Shown here: positions 16,733 to 30,284 of the stretch, piece after piece
Layout of the letters: the number at the start of each line of letters is the position of its first letter
Position numbering within the stretch: position 1 is the stretch's first letter
NCBI GenBank assembly: GCA_009914755.4
Contig: CP086569.2
Coordinates: forward strand, 22,880,001-22,944,000
Origin: the human T2T-CHM13v2.0 reference genome, Homo sapiens
Length of the DNA stretch: 64,000 bases
Direction of reading: 5' to 3'
Notes under the pieces: generated by a model
What the model saw: the letters and a program-made list of their open reading frames with translations, nothing else
Database searches by the model: none
What the model was told of the DNA's origin: nothing
Translations under genes and position numbers: made by a program

Positions 16733-17041
16733 ATTTGTTTTTTTGGAAACGGAGTCTCGCTCTGTTGCCCAGGCTGGAGTGCAGTGGCGCGATCTCAGCT
16801 TGCTGCAAACTCTGCCTCCCGGGTGTTCCCGCCATTCTGCCTCAGCTTCCGGAGGAGCTGGGACTACTGGCTCCCGCCACCATGTCCAGCTAATTTTTTT
16901 TCTTTTTTTTTTTTTTGTATTTTTAGTAGAGACGGGGTTTCACCAAGTTAGCCTGGATGGTCTCCATCTCCTGACCTGGTGATTGGACAGCCTTGGCCTC
17001 CCAAAGTGCTGGGATTACAGGCGTGAGCCACCGCACCCGGC
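16733..17041 (-). mobile_element. Alu SINE, a young AluS/Y-like copy that retains CpGs
   Basis: 'ggaaacggagtctcgctctgttgcccaggctggagtgcagtggcgcgatctcagcttgctgcaaactctgcctcccgggtg…gcctcccaaagtgctgggattacaggcgtgagccaccgcacccggcc'. Confidence 0.9.
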
Positions 17042-17694
17042 CTATAGTTTAATTTCTAATTATTGATTAACTGAACTGACTTTACTTTACTAACGCTTAC
17101 CCTAACTTGAATCAACTGAACTTTAAAAGAGCTTCTTAAAATCCTTCCGATTTACAGAAACCAGGGATTTTGAGTTAAGTGACTGTGAATATATAAAATC
17201 AAATTGTTCTAAAAGTGTGCTCCTATTTTTTTGTTTACAATTTTCTGGAGAGATGGTTCAATACTGTTAATTGCTCAAAGGTGCCTGACACTAGATTTTA
17301 AGATATTCAACAGCATTTCTAGCCTCTTGGCACTAGATGCTAGTAACAACCTTACCAATTCCACTTCCAGTCATGAACTTGGCTTAGAGTAAAACTCAAG
17401 TAAAATCTACTGACCTGTAGAAACCCTAGACAATCACATGGACTTTGTGTTACCCCCATGAGCTCATTGTCTGCAATCGTTTTCCTTCCACAGTCTGCTC
17501 CTTCCACAGTCTGCTCCATCCACAGTGACCTGGTCGTTTTTCAAACTGTTTATACAGGCTTCTGCCAGAGATCATCACACTTGTAGATCTTGCTGCATGC
17601 TTACATAATTATTCCCTTATTGTTTTATTTAGATATGTACTTGAAAGTCACTTTGGAAACAAATTATTTTATACTTTTTGTTTGTTTTTATTTT

Positions 17695-17765
17695 TTATTA
17701 TACTTTAAGTTTTCGGGTACATGTGCACAACGTGCAGGTTTGTTACATATATACATGTTTTACAT
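17695..17765 (-). mobile_element. Short L1 3'-end fragment
   Basis: 'tactttaagttttcgggtacatgtgcacaacgtgcaggtttgttacatatatacatg' is the reverse complement of the L1 3' terminus, and a T-rich tract precedes it. Confidence 0.5.
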
Positions 17766-19257
17766 AAAACCAAGATGTACTACATAAGAGAATATTGCCC
17801 CTTGCCCTTTATACTAAATTGATAATATCAATTAATAGAAAGCAAACAACAAACTTCATACCGTAACCACTAAAACAAAAACCTAACAACTGGAAACATA
17901 AATTAAAAGTGTAACTTTCAATTTAAGTGTTTTAAACAACATTTTCATGGGACAAAAACATAGATCTCCTAAATAAAAATAAACTCTGAGATTACAAAAC
18001 AATCAGTGCTTCCCAAATAAAAACGCAGGCAAAACTGCAGGCCTGGCAGCTTTGAACCATTCAAAGAAACATCACACCAATCAAACACTGTCTGAACCCT
18101 GTAAATCAATTGTTTGTATCAACCAAGGAATCCATCCAAAGAGACAATTTTAAAGTAGTAAATTTTTTTTAGATTGCCATACTGCCTCCCAGGCACAGAT
18201 GAAGCCTTCAAAATTGAAATCCACATTTTCCATTTTAAACCCTGGTTCCTAATTCTGGGAGGAGTGAAGAAGCACTTGTGTGTTAATTTATTGTGTTTGT
18301 TCTAGTCTTTCTAGAAGATAAATAAACAATTGATGAAACATATTTATTACTGTTTTGCCAAACTCAGAAGTCACTCTTGGTTGAAAATGCCAGGAATTGG
18401 TCACAAACAAAATTTTAAGTTGTTGAAAGCAAAGAATACAGTTATTTCCTACAATAGACAATATAACAGATTTGTTAATACAGATCCAGTATTTAAAAAA
18501 TAATAGTTTATATATCACTCTTATTCATAATGCTAATGGAATGTATTCAATGTATGGTTAACCTTTCTCTAAAAAAAAAAGAAATGCTATTACTATTACA
18601 ATTCTGGCAAAGTTAGCTATTACTATTACAGCTCTGGTAGGCAGCTATTACATAAAAAATTACAAATTTACTTTAATGGACACTCAGTGTGTGCAGATAA
18701 AATCTGAGACAATAATATAAACTGAGAAAGAAAAGTACAAGAGCAGCATATATTTATATTGTTGAAATTAAAATTTAGATTATTCAAATAAGTTAATATT
18801 ATTCAAAGAAGGCTCTATTAAGTTTAGAATACAATTAAAGTCCCAAATATAATGAATTATAACATAAAAATACAGAAAAAAGTTTTAAAAAGTTAACATT
18901 TTTTAATGGACAAAGGAGAAATTGAGGATCCAATAAAATAAAGAACATATAGAAAAAAAGTAAAATGTCAGAGTAATTTTTTACTTGTAATAACTTTAAA
19001 TGTGAGCTCTTACATAAAAACACACAGACTGGCACAAATGCACCTTTAAAAGAACAATTCACTCGTGATTTCTATGCAAGTCTTACTTTAGGTTCAAAGA
19101 AACGAGATTGAAACTAAAATAATACAGTTTCTTGGAAAAGCATGACAACTTATTTTCAAACATAAAAAAAAAAAATTCTGGGCCAGTTCCAGTGGCTCTC
19201 AGAAAAAAAAAAATTCTGGAGATGAAAAATAAAACAATTGACATTAAAATTGACTAG

Positions 19258-19530
19258 AGGCCTGCAATTCCAGCACTTTGGGATGCCAAGGTACAGATCA
19301 TAAGGTCAAGAAGTTGTGACTATCCAAGCCAACATGATGAAACCCCATCTTTACTAAAAACACACAAATTAGCTGGGTGTGGTGACACGTATCTATAGTT
19401 CCAGCTACTCAAGAGACTGAGGCAGGAGAATCAGTTGAACCCGAGAGGCAGAGGTTGCAGTGAGCCAAGATTGTGCACTGTACTCCAGCCTGGTGACAAA
19501 GCAAGACTCCATCTCAAAAAAAATTGTATA
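19258..19530 (+). mobile_element. Alu SINE
   Basis: 'ggcctgcaattccagcactttgggatgccaaggtacagatcataaggtcaagaagttg…gcagtgagccaagattgtgcactgtactccagcctggtgacaaagcaagactccatctcaaaaaaaa'. Confidence 0.85.
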
Positions 19531-19599
19531 AATAACTAACTAAATAAGTACTACAGACATTTAAAAGGAGACTTGAGCATACAGAAGAAAATGTCACCA

Positions 19600-20630
19600 A
19601 ATCGAATAAAAGGGGCAATTGAAATTATTAAGTCAGGAAGAGAAAAAATAAATAAATAAATGTGAAAACAGTCTAGAAACCAGTGTGACACCATCAAGCA
19701 GACCCACTTATCCATTTTGGAAGTTCAAGGAAAAGAAACAAAGAAATAGGGAGACTAAAAAAATGTGGTCAAACCTGTCACAAATTTAAGATAATAAATA
19801 CCGAAGAAACTGAACAAACTCCAAGTAAAATAAACTCAAAGAGGCACATTCAAACATACATGATAGTTAAACTGTCTAAAATAAAGACAAAGAGAATCTT
19901 GAAAGCAGCCAAAGAAATTTTGACCAGTAATGTATGAAAGAACCCCTCATAAATAATCAGGGAATTTCTTATCTGAAAACTCAGGGTAGACTCATATATT
20001 CCAAATGCAGTAAGAAAAAAAAATTCAAACAAATGTTATGTTTAAACAAAGTGTCCATCAAAAATGAGGGAGAAATTATGAAATTCCTAAATAAAAGCCA
20101 CATTCTTTTGCCAGTAGACAACCATTTAATAAATGCCTTATGTATTATTCCAGGGTAAAATGAAAGGACATCGAACAGCAGTACAAATAAACAAAGATTA
20201 AGGTAAAGATAAATATCCTGATGCAGAACAGACTGGAGAAGAGAACAGGTGCAAGATACACCCACTAATGTCTCAGGGGTCTGGCTCGGTTACTGCTTCC
20301 ATGGTTACGGGCTCAGCTAACAAGGAAGGTACACTGGTATTAGCAATTCCATAAACAGCCAATGGAAGAAAAAAACATCCATACATTTGTTCCAAGCATG
20401 AGAGGGGGGAAAAGAGAGATTATTGATGATGAAAAAGACCAGCCTTTTATCAAAAGGATGTATTTAACCATAAGGCTAATAGAAAGTGCCAGTAGACTCA
20501 GAAACATTTTGGTGAGGGAAAATGATGGCTTTACCCAGAAAGTGCTATCAATGAGATTGACAGAGAACAACTCACTAAATATTGAAGTAATGAAAAAAAA
20601 TCAAGAATGCTCTGTATAGGGCTGCTGCAG
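19600..20630 (+). mobile_element. Ancient L1 (L1M/L1P-like) fragment spanning the ORF1 C-terminus and the ORF2 start
   Basis: The translation carries degraded L1 motifs of the 'IHIIKLSKVKDKERILKAAREK' type, for example '…vklskikTKRILKAAKEILTSNV…' at 19850-19990. Many stops interrupt it. Confidence 0.55.
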
Positions 20631-21717
20631 ATGACAGGAAGCTTATGCTGCCTAGTGCAGATGGCTGCGTCCCTTGCTGAGGTCTTGATTTTGTTTGCAT
20701 TTAAGAAATGACAGAAACAGAGAAAGCATTGAAAGAGTGGATACTGTAAAGAACATTGTGAATAGTTTCATTCAGTTTAAGAAGCCTATTGTTGTATCAG
20801 CCAATAGCCCAGCCATTTGACTAGATGCATCCATACTTCCTCTTTGTGATTTGGTTTAGGCTAACAAAAAGGCTTGGTTTTAAACTGCTTCTATGACCTT
20901 TGGACAGAGTCCAGGTTGCTGTTTTACCATTAAATTTCCCAAGATGATGGGTGAAGCATAGGCCAATGTAATGTTGATTGGTGGGAGAAAGCTGAAAGCA
21001 TGGGAGGCATGTGCCAGAGACCTGGTCTCTCAGGTGTCTTGGACTGCAACTTTTCCCCCAAGTGGTTATGACTCAAATTAAGGACTTTGCCTCATATAAT
21101 TCAGTTGTGCTAGAGAAAAGTAATGCCCTTATTTACTGTAAAGTTAAAGATGAAGTTAAAACAGGTCAATGAGAGAGTGTGGTGTGCCGAAAAAAATCTG
21201 AGTCTCAGCACAAGGAATAGAATCTGTGTTGATGTTAAGTGTGGGTTTCTGTGTTTCAGCCTTGTTTCTGTTACTAATCTTCAGGTTCTCCATTAAGTGG
21301 GTCTTGAATTCTTGATGCATATCCAGGGAGAATTATGTATGTGGAAAACAGGAGAATAATTAGGGTAAATAGATGCTTTATTGAGTGATGGCGCAGCTTT
21401 CAGGAGACAGAAAGTGGGTAAGTCCATTTCAAAAACAGGAAATACCTGCATCTCTGCAACACTCAGTGAAGACAGGGCCAAGAGAGACAAGATGAAGAAG
21501 CAGGTTGTTAAAACATCACTGAAGGCTTCAGTGGAGAGAAGTTTCAGAGTGGGTAGCGTCTATCTGCAGGAAGGTTGTTGAGATGTATCTGCAGCTTTAA
21601 GTTTGGAGAAGACATATCCATTTGCAGCCGTGCAATCCCAAGAAGTGTACAACTCACAGTGAAGAGGTGGCACATTGTTGGTAGATCCACTTTAAGTCAG
21701 GTTATTTCAAAGTCTGA

Positions 21718-22050
21718 TGCAGGGCATGGTGGCTTTTGTCTATAATACCAGCAATTCAGGAGGCCAAGGCAGATGGATCACTTGCAGTTGAAAGTTTGAG
21801 ACCAGCCTGACAAACATGGAGAAACCGTGTCTCTAATAAAAATACAAAATTAGTTAGGTGTGATGGTGGATGCCTTTAATCTCAGCTACTCAGGAGCTGA
21901 GGTAGGATAATCGCTTCAACCTGGGAGGCGGAGGTTGTGTGAGTTGAGGTCAAACCATACTACTCCAGTCACGTCAACAAGAGTGAAACTCCGTCTCCAA
22001 TAAATAAATAAACAAACATATATAAACAAACAAACAAATAAACAAATAAT
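21718..22050 (+). mobile_element. Alu SINE with an expanded A-rich (CAAA/AAAT)n tail
   Basis: 'gggcatggtggcttttgtctataataccagcaattcaggaggccaaggcagatggatcac…' is followed by the tail 'aataaataaataaacaaacatatataaacaaacaaacaaataaacaaata'. Confidence 0.85.
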
Positions 22051-22136
22051 CTAAATACGTATGGAATGCATATGAACCTCAGAAGTCAGAAAGAGAGTGC
22101 TGATTAGTCGGGTGAAGATGGGTGAAAAAGATGTCT

Positions 22137-23340
22137 AACCCTAAATATAACCCCTATTACTAACACTAAAACACTAACAATAACCCTCAAGCCCTAACCC
22201 TAATCTCCACATAAACCCAACCTGAACCATTAACAAAACATATCCCTATCCATAAATATAACCCTACCGCAACCCATAACCCTAAACATACACCTACACC
22301 TACCCCTAACCCTAAATCTACCCCAAACCCTAAATCTACCCTTAAACATAACACTCAGAAAAACACTAACAGAAATACTAAACCAAACCCTAACTCTAAC
22401 ACTACCTCTAAACACTGAACCCTAACCCCTAACTCTAACTCTGACCCCTAAATCTCCTTCAAACCTAACCCTAAAAGCACCCTTAACTCTAACCTGAAAA
22501 TTAAAATTCTAACCTTAAAAACATAAGCATAACACATAACCAACATCCCTAATCCAAATTCCTACCCCAACCCTAATTCTAAAAATATGCTGACCATATC
22601 CCTAAACTTAATCCTGACACTAACCCTAACCCTAACTCTAACCCACAACCTCAAATGCAACTGCAACCATAGCTCTAACACTAAAACTTAAATGCTAACT
22701 ATAATCACATATAATAAACCCAATCCCAACTGTAACCCTGAACTCTAACCCTAAAACTAAACCCACCCTAACGCTAACCCTAAAGCTTAACACTAGGCCA
22801 AACACTAACCCCTCATCCTAACCCTAAAGTGACCCTAACCCTAACCTAAATGCTAAACAATAACCCTAAAAATAACACTGCACCCTAAACACTAACCCTA
22901 ATGCTAACCTGAAACCCTAAACCGAATCCTTATTCTTATCCTAACACAAACCCTAAACCCAAACCCTAACGCTAATGCACTAACCCTCTTACCCTAACCC
23001 TCACCGTCACCTTAACTCTCACCCTAAGCACTAACTCTAACCCTCACCATGAAGTTAAGCCAGAACCTAACCCTACACTAACAACAACCTCTAACTGTAG
23101 GCCTATTTCTTACCCTAAACCTAAACATAACCTGACCCTAAAACTAACATCTAATCTTGATTCTAACTGTAGCCCTAAACATAACACTAAACTTTAACCC
23201 TGTCCCTAATCCTAATCCTAATCATAACCCTAATCCTACCACAACACTGACCTCTAACCCAACCCCAGATCTAACCCTCAATCTAAACTTTTTTCTGCAA
23301 TTGTAAACCCCTATTCCTAATCCCAAACTTCTATCCCATT
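22137..23340 (-). repeat. Highly degenerate telomere-like hexamer array. It reads (CCCTAA)n on the plus strand, so the TTAGGG strand is minus. This is an interstitial telomeric sequence.
   Basis: About 1.2 kb is built almost entirely of ccctaa, cctaac, ctaacc and ctaaac variants, for example 'aaccctaaccctaactctaacccacaacctcaaatg…gaccctaaccctaacctaaatgctaaac'. The whole block reads in a single orientation. Confidence 0.85.
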
Positions 23341-24804
23341 CTTAATATTATCATATCACCCTTCAAAGAATTTTAAATATATCATCTATGACTCTAACCC
23401 CTAATGCCCATAAGAGTACACTTAACCTTACCTCTTAACTCCAATTGAAAATTGAATTAAACAGATGATGTCACTGGGACAAAACACTAAATGTTAACAA
23501 ATATGATAATTAGAGACATTAGATTATGTAACCAAATAATAGTACATGGAATTAACTACACGAGGAAGACATTATGCACCTATGTGATTACGTTTTTTTT
23601 CTAGAAAATTGAGGCTTGTTTTAACATTCTGAAGCCATCCCTCTTCAATATACCACGTAAATTAAATGCTGGGAAAACAGTACATGTATATCTCAACTGT
23701 TACAGAAAATACTTAAAGTTAGTCAACATGTTTACTGATAACAACATCCAATAAACTGTGATTAAAATGTCTTTCACATGATAACACGTCTTTATACAAA
23801 ACCCATAACAATCAGCGTCTGAATTGTTGGGAACAAAAGCTTTAAGATGAAGAACACAGCACTGATGCTCACTTTCATCATTGCATTTGATACTGTATTA
23901 GAAGTTCCATCCGAAATAATTGGAAAAGAAAAATATATATGAAGCCATTCATATGTCAAAAAATAAAATAAAACTACCTACTCATGGATCTCATGATCTC
24001 ATATACAGAAAATCATAAGAAATCAACAAGAAATAATAAAATCTAATAAACAAATTAAACAAACATACAGTATATATATCAATACACTAAAATCTATTTG
24101 TATACACTAGCAATAAATGATATGAAAATGAAATTAACACAACAATTTTATTTGTAAAAACAACAAGCTGCATGTTCTCCAACTTCCCTTGAACACACAG
24201 GAGCAGGCAGCTGGGGTTGGGGGTGGCCTTGGAGTGGGGTCTGTGCTGCTTTATTGGGACCTGGGCTGCACTGTCCATGGGCTAAGCAGAAACTACTCAA
24301 GTTCCTGGGGAGTCAAAGTAGAAATACTTAAGTACATAATGGATGAAGAGTAGAAAATCTACAGTGGTTTTGAAAGCCCTCATGCCACGATGTCAAATGG
24401 ATATCTTCAGAGTCATAAATTAATGATAAAAAGAGAACATGCATGAACATCAGCAACAGTGAAAGCCAGGGAGAGTGGCCCAGGTCATTTTGCTGAGAAG
24501 AAATGCATTGAGTTTAATTTGAGAGACGTCCCTTCACAAGTGCTGCTAAAGGCATACACATATTTTACCTAAATGTTTCACTGCGCCTACAGTTCCACAG
24601 AAATTCCTAAATTCCCATTTCACCTGAAACTGCAGTAGAACTGTTGATGGCTGTGAACTTTCTATATTGTATATAAATACAATTGATTTATAGGATAAAA
24701 TAAATTAGAATAAACTCTTAAATTTTTTTTAGTGTTTAAGGCCTGTGGTTCAGTTCATATTTTTTATAGGTAGCACATTCCCTGTATGCAAGGTAACTAT
24801 AAAA

Positions 24805-25548
24805 TTAATCGCAGAAATCAAAACCACAATGAGATACCATCTCACACCAGTTAGAATGGCAATCATTGAAAAGTCAGGAAACAACAGGTGCTGGAGAGGA
24901 TGTGGAGAAATAGGAACACTTTTACACTGTTGGTGGGACTGTAAACTAGTTCAACCATTGTGGAAGTCAGCGTGGCGATTCCTCAGGGATCTAGAACTAG
25001 AAATACCATTTGACCCAGCCATCCCATTACTGGGTATATACCCAAAGGACTATAAATCATGCTGCTATAAAGACACATGCACACATATGTTTATTGCGGC
25101 ATTATTCACAATAGCAAAGACTTGGAACCAACCCAAATATCCAACAATGATAGACTGGATTAAGGAAATGTGGCACATATACACCATGGAATACTATACA
25201 GCCATAAGAAATGATGAGTTCATGTCCTTTGTAGGGACATGGATGAAATTGGAAATCATTGTTCTCAGTAAACTATCGCAAGAACAAAAAACCCAACACC
25301 GCATATTCTCACTCATAGGTCGGAATTGAACAATGAGATCACATGGACACAGGAAGGGGAACATCACACTCTGGGGACTGTGGTGGGGTGGGGGGAGGGG
25401 GGAGGGATAGCACTGGGAGATATATCTAATGCTAGATGATGAGTTAGTGGGTGCAGCGCACCAGCATGGCACATGTATACATATGTAACTAACCTGCACA
25501 ATGTGCACATGTACCCTAAAACTTAAAGTATAGTAATAAAAGAAAAAA
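24805..25548 (+). mobile_element. L1 3' end, covering the ORF2 C-terminus and the 3'UTR. It is 5'-truncated.
   Basis: The ORF 24745-25329 translates to '…[79 protein letters not shown]…'. The element ends 'gtaccctaaaacttaaagtatagtaataaaagaaaaaaa'. Confidence 0.9.
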
Positions 25549-25827
25549 ATTAATTGCAAAGAAGATTCTATTCTGTTTTTTTGCATAACAGAGTTGAAAT
25601 TTATTTGTATTCTGAAAAAACTATGGACATTTTCACAAACAGAGAAATAAACAAATATGCCAATTCATAGGCGGTTTTGCCTTACCCCTTGAATATGACT
25701 TTAAAATGAGTAATGTTGACATAGAAAATGATGAAAATTAGACATATATAATTGCATAATATGCATGTTCATAACTTAGCCAAAAGATTGATTTTTATCT
25801 AACCCTAACATAAATGTTATATTAATG

Positions 25828-26090
25828 CCTGTAATCTCAGCACTTTTGGAGGCCAAGGCAGGCAGATAATGTGAGTCCAGGCATTTAAGACAGGTCCAGG
25901 CAACATGGCAAGTCTTTGTCTCTCTCAAAAAATACAAAAAGTTAGCCAGATATGATAACTGAAGCTAAGGCAGAAGATCAGTTGAGCTCAGCAGTTAGAG
26001 GCTGCAGTGAGCCATCATAGCACTTCTGCACTCCAGGCTGGGAAAAAGAATGAGACCCTGTCTCAAAATAAAAATAAAAGGAGAAGAAGA
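25828..26090 (+). mobile_element. Alu SINE, 5'-truncated
   Basis: 'cctgtaatctcagcacttttggaggccaaggcaggcagataat…ggctgcagtgagccatcatagcacttctgcactccaggctgggaaaaagaatgagaccctgtctcaaaataaaaataaaa'. Confidence 0.8.
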
Positions 26091-27612
26091 AGGAAAGGAA
26101 TAAGAGTTGAAATTTTGTATGTCCTTTGATAAACCTCAGTAATGTTTAATATTGTCTTTTCATTTTGTTTATTGCTACAATTTAAGAAATTTACTTAAAA
26201 ACACTTTTGGAAGGTTGCTGGGTACAATTTTTGAAGAAGCAACAGAACTATACCCAGATGGTCAACAGGTCAAATATATGACTTACAAGCAAAGCATCCT
26301 TGGCAACTTTAAAAACAGAAAGAAAAAAAAATCCATAAGGTTTGATGGGTTAGGTTATTTTCTATGTTTTTAGATTTAAGAAATCCCTTTTTTCTCTTAG
26401 ATAATTATAATTTATAACACTTTAATAGGTTATACTTTTGTAAACAGAAATGAAACACTTGTTAAAAAAAATTAACTCTCCTGTCCCCCCGCCAACCACA
26501 GCCATCTGAATGGACCCCTCCTTTTGATCAAGAGCATTCCAAAATTGCTTCACTTCCTGACAAGAAAGAGGGACACACATGCTTCATTACATACTATTCC
26601 CTTTTGAACTTTAGAAAAAGCTGACCACCACTAACAGCAACACATACCTTAAATCTGATAAGGAATATTTACCACCTATTTTCTCGAGCCTGCTACATGG
26701 AGGCTTCATCATCATAATAAAACTTTGGTCTCTACAGCCCTTATTATTTATTGTAACCCAGTCATTCCTGTCTATTGATTTTATGTTTTTAGATAATAAT
26801 TTAACTCTTTCAGCCAACTGCCAATTAAAACATATTTATATCTACCTGTAACTTGAAAGCCCAGCCCCACACCATCACTATTTTCAAGTTGTCCATCCTT
26901 CCTGGACCAAACCAATGTACATCTTACATGTGTTTGATTGATGTCTCAGGTCTCTCTAAAATGCATAAATGTAGGCTGTGAACATACCACCTGGGGCACA
27001 TGTTCTCAGGATCTCCTGAGTAGGGATGTGTCATGGACCATTTGTCACTCATATCTGGATCAGAATTCTTCAACTAATTTTATGGCATAATATCAAAGTT
27101 TGATATTGTTAGTATATCTCAGCTAATGTAGGATGTCAATATGTATAAAGCAGACATTTACATTACCATTACAAATGCACTCTCAGTTAAACTGTGACTG
27201 TCTCAGGAAAAGAAAAAATGTTGCTAACCAGGCATATATCATATATTTAAACTTACATAATAATTCAAGTTCTAATATGCCTACTTAAAAAATGTTTCTA
27301 TATTGTTTCAACTACTTTAGTTCTCTAAGAAAAATGAGTTATTAAAGCATGAAAAAAAGTGTTGTTGGAGGTTGCGATGTCTCCCCTGGCCTCAGCCCAT
27401 CGTGGTTCCACTCAGCGCCTCTCCTTTCTCTGTACCAGAATCTCTGCCAGAAACAAGCCCAGATCATCTGCAAACCACACTTTGGTAGCTGTGACAATGC
27501 GTGGTCACTGCCTCACTCAAGGGACACTTTTGTAAGGTCAGAATTGGAGGCCAGGGCTGGGAAGTAAGGCCCAGGGCAGTGCCCCTCCTCAGTTCTGGGT
27601 GCTGCAGACAGG

Positions 27613-27927
27613 GTGTCTTTTCCTCACTTGGCCGCCAGATGTCTCAATGCCATGTACTCTCCTGGGAGGGTCCTGAGGAGACGTCTTTATTCTCACCCTG
27701 GTCGTAGCACCAGGTGACTTGTAGCAACGGCCACTCCTGGACATGTCCAGAAGAGAAGGAGGTTTTATCCTCATGGTGGACCCGACCCCAGGTGTCCCAA
27801 AGCCGCGGCCACTCTTGGGCGGGTCCTGAGATGAAGTAGGCTTAGTCTTCTTCATGAACGTGGCCACAGATGTCCCCAAGTGCCCTGAAACCACGGCCTC
27901 TCTCGAGTGTCCTGAGAAGGAAGCTCT
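27613..27927. repeat. Minisatellite with a ~78 bp unit in about 4 diverged copies. It sits inside a GC-rich segment at 27350-28110.
   Basis: Successive blocks share the pattern 'g[tc]ctt[at]…ctca…tgg…[gc]cca[cg]agatgtc[tc]c[ac]a…gcc…gccactc[ct]tgg[ag]…gggtcctgag[ga]ag'. Examples are '…ggccgccagatgtctcaatgcc…gggtcctgaggagac', '…gccgcggccactcttgggcgggtcctgagatgaag' and '…gtggccacagatgtccccaagtgcc…gtcctgagaaggaagc'. Confidence 0.6.
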
Positions 27928-28337
27928 GTCCGAGGCACTGTGAAGATAACCTGCTTCTCAGAGAGTTGGTTTGCAGGCTCAGTGCATCAGCTCCGTGCAC
28001 CCTCTGGTGGTAGCCTTGGAAAATCTCTGAAATTTGGGGTGGGTTAATCCAGGCGGTCATCTCACGAAGTGGAAGTGAGATACAGCCAACCTTCCCATAT
28101 CTAGAATGGAGATAAAAGGAAGCAAAGAAGACGGTCAATATACAAAACTCAATTGATTTTCTCTATATCAGCAATAATGAATATAAATAATTGGATTTTG
28201 AAATATTAAAACACCATTTACAATACTACCCGCAAAATTGAATCCATTAAGTATAACTGTAACAAAATATGCAGAATTCATTCAGAAAACAATGAGTCAC
28301 CATTGGGAGAAATCAAAGGAAATGTTAGCAAATGCAG

Positions 28338-28610
28338 ACAGGCTAGGCACGTTGTCACACGCCTGTAATCCCAGCACCTCGGGAGTCTGCAGCAGGCAGA
28401 TACCTTGAGCCCATGAATTGGAGACCACCCTGGGGAACATGGTGAAAGCCCATCTCTGCCCAAAATACAAAAAAAATAAGCTGAGCTTGGTGGTGCATGC
28501 CTGTGGTCCCAGCTACTTGGGTCGTTGAAGTGGGAGAATCTGTGAGCTGAGATCATGCCACCGCACACCAACCTGGGTGACACAACTCCTTCTCACAAAG
28601 TAAATAAATA
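28338..28610 (+). mobile_element. Alu SINE
   Basis: 'ggctaggcacgttgtcacacgcctgtaatcccagcacctcgggagtctgcagcaggcagatacc…gagctgagatcatgccaccgcacaccaacctgggtgacacaactccttctcacaaagtaaataaata'. Confidence 0.85.
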
Positions 28611-29167
28611 GATGTTTCTTGTTCTGGAGAAGCACATTTATTATTATTTCAGCTATATTCCAATCAAATTCCAGGTAAATATATCAACAACTCTTCCTAA
28701 ACCTAGAATAGATGAAATAAGACTGAAGAAGTGCAATGCCAGATGTGATATGAATACTTACACTAAAGCTAATGTAATAAACAAGAGTGTGTCATTCATG
28801 ATTTAATAGACAAGCAGATAAGTGGAACAGAATAGTCAGCCCCAAAACAGGCCCAAGTCAAATGATTTTGTCGAAAATGCAAAGAATGTCCTTTGGAAAC
28901 AATAAGTCTCTTTCACAAGTGGCAAGAAAACAGCTGGAAACTATACGGAAACAAATGAACATAGACACAAATTTTACAGTTAAAAAAATTAGTCAAAAAT
29001 ACCCACACATTAAATTTTTTCAGTGCAAAGTTGTAATTGGAAAATATCTTCATGAGCTTGGGTTTAGTGATGAGTTATTATCAAGTCCATGAAAGAAAAA
29101 AAAACGGATAATATGAACTTTATTGAAAGTTGAAATGTCTACTCTGTAAAACACTCTGTTACCATTG

Positions 29168-29618
<451 letters not shown>

Positions 29619-30284
29619 TTAGCAAACTTATCTGAAAAGTGACTTGTATGCACAACATATGCAGAAACTCTAAAACTCAAAAAGATAAGCAACCCAATTC
29701 CAAGGTAAAAACCTGAGTAGATACATCACTAAGGAAGATACAGAGATGGAAAACAGGCAGACACACCAAACACTGCTTGCGGAAAGCCTGCTGCTTCTGC
29801 TGAAGGCTGACTCTAAGCCGTCCCATGGGGAGCAGCAGTGGCTGCCAGAGCGGCAAGTGGCTCCAGAGACCGCCCCCACCTACCCCACCTCCGCTCTTCC
29901 TCCAAGGTCCAAGGGTCCTGAAGGCACTAGGCATACTCTCCTAGAAAGAGCCGGAAGCTGGATACTTTATTTCTCGGCTTTCCTTAAAGTTCTGGAAGCT
30001 GCCAAGTATCCTTAAGTTGGAAGTTTTATTTTTTTCCTAAGCACCTTGAGGCACTGAGAAGCATTAGGAGAGTTGGTTTTTAACTCACACTTGTCTTCAT
30101 AAAGAGATAAAAGAATTTGCTCCAACCCCTTTGTATTAAGTTGTTTTAAAATGTTTGGGTCAATATGTTGTTATTTTGCTTTCCTCCAGACACGAAACAC
30201 AGAAAAAGCATTAAGTAAAAACCGAATAGGGAGTCATCATAAATTCATGGATACTATTTAGTTTTTCATTAAACCTGCCTTTTT

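Noticed and set aside
18575-18650. Local tandem duplication of '…ctattactattaca(a/g)(t/c)tctgg…'
   Set aside because: It has only two short copies of about 30 bp, which makes it a trivial slippage duplication.
22137-23340. Possibility that the telomere-like tract is a head-to-head ancestral chromosome fusion point
   Set aside because: The whole tract reads CCCTAA-like on the plus strand. I found no TTAGGG-oriented half and no orientation switch.
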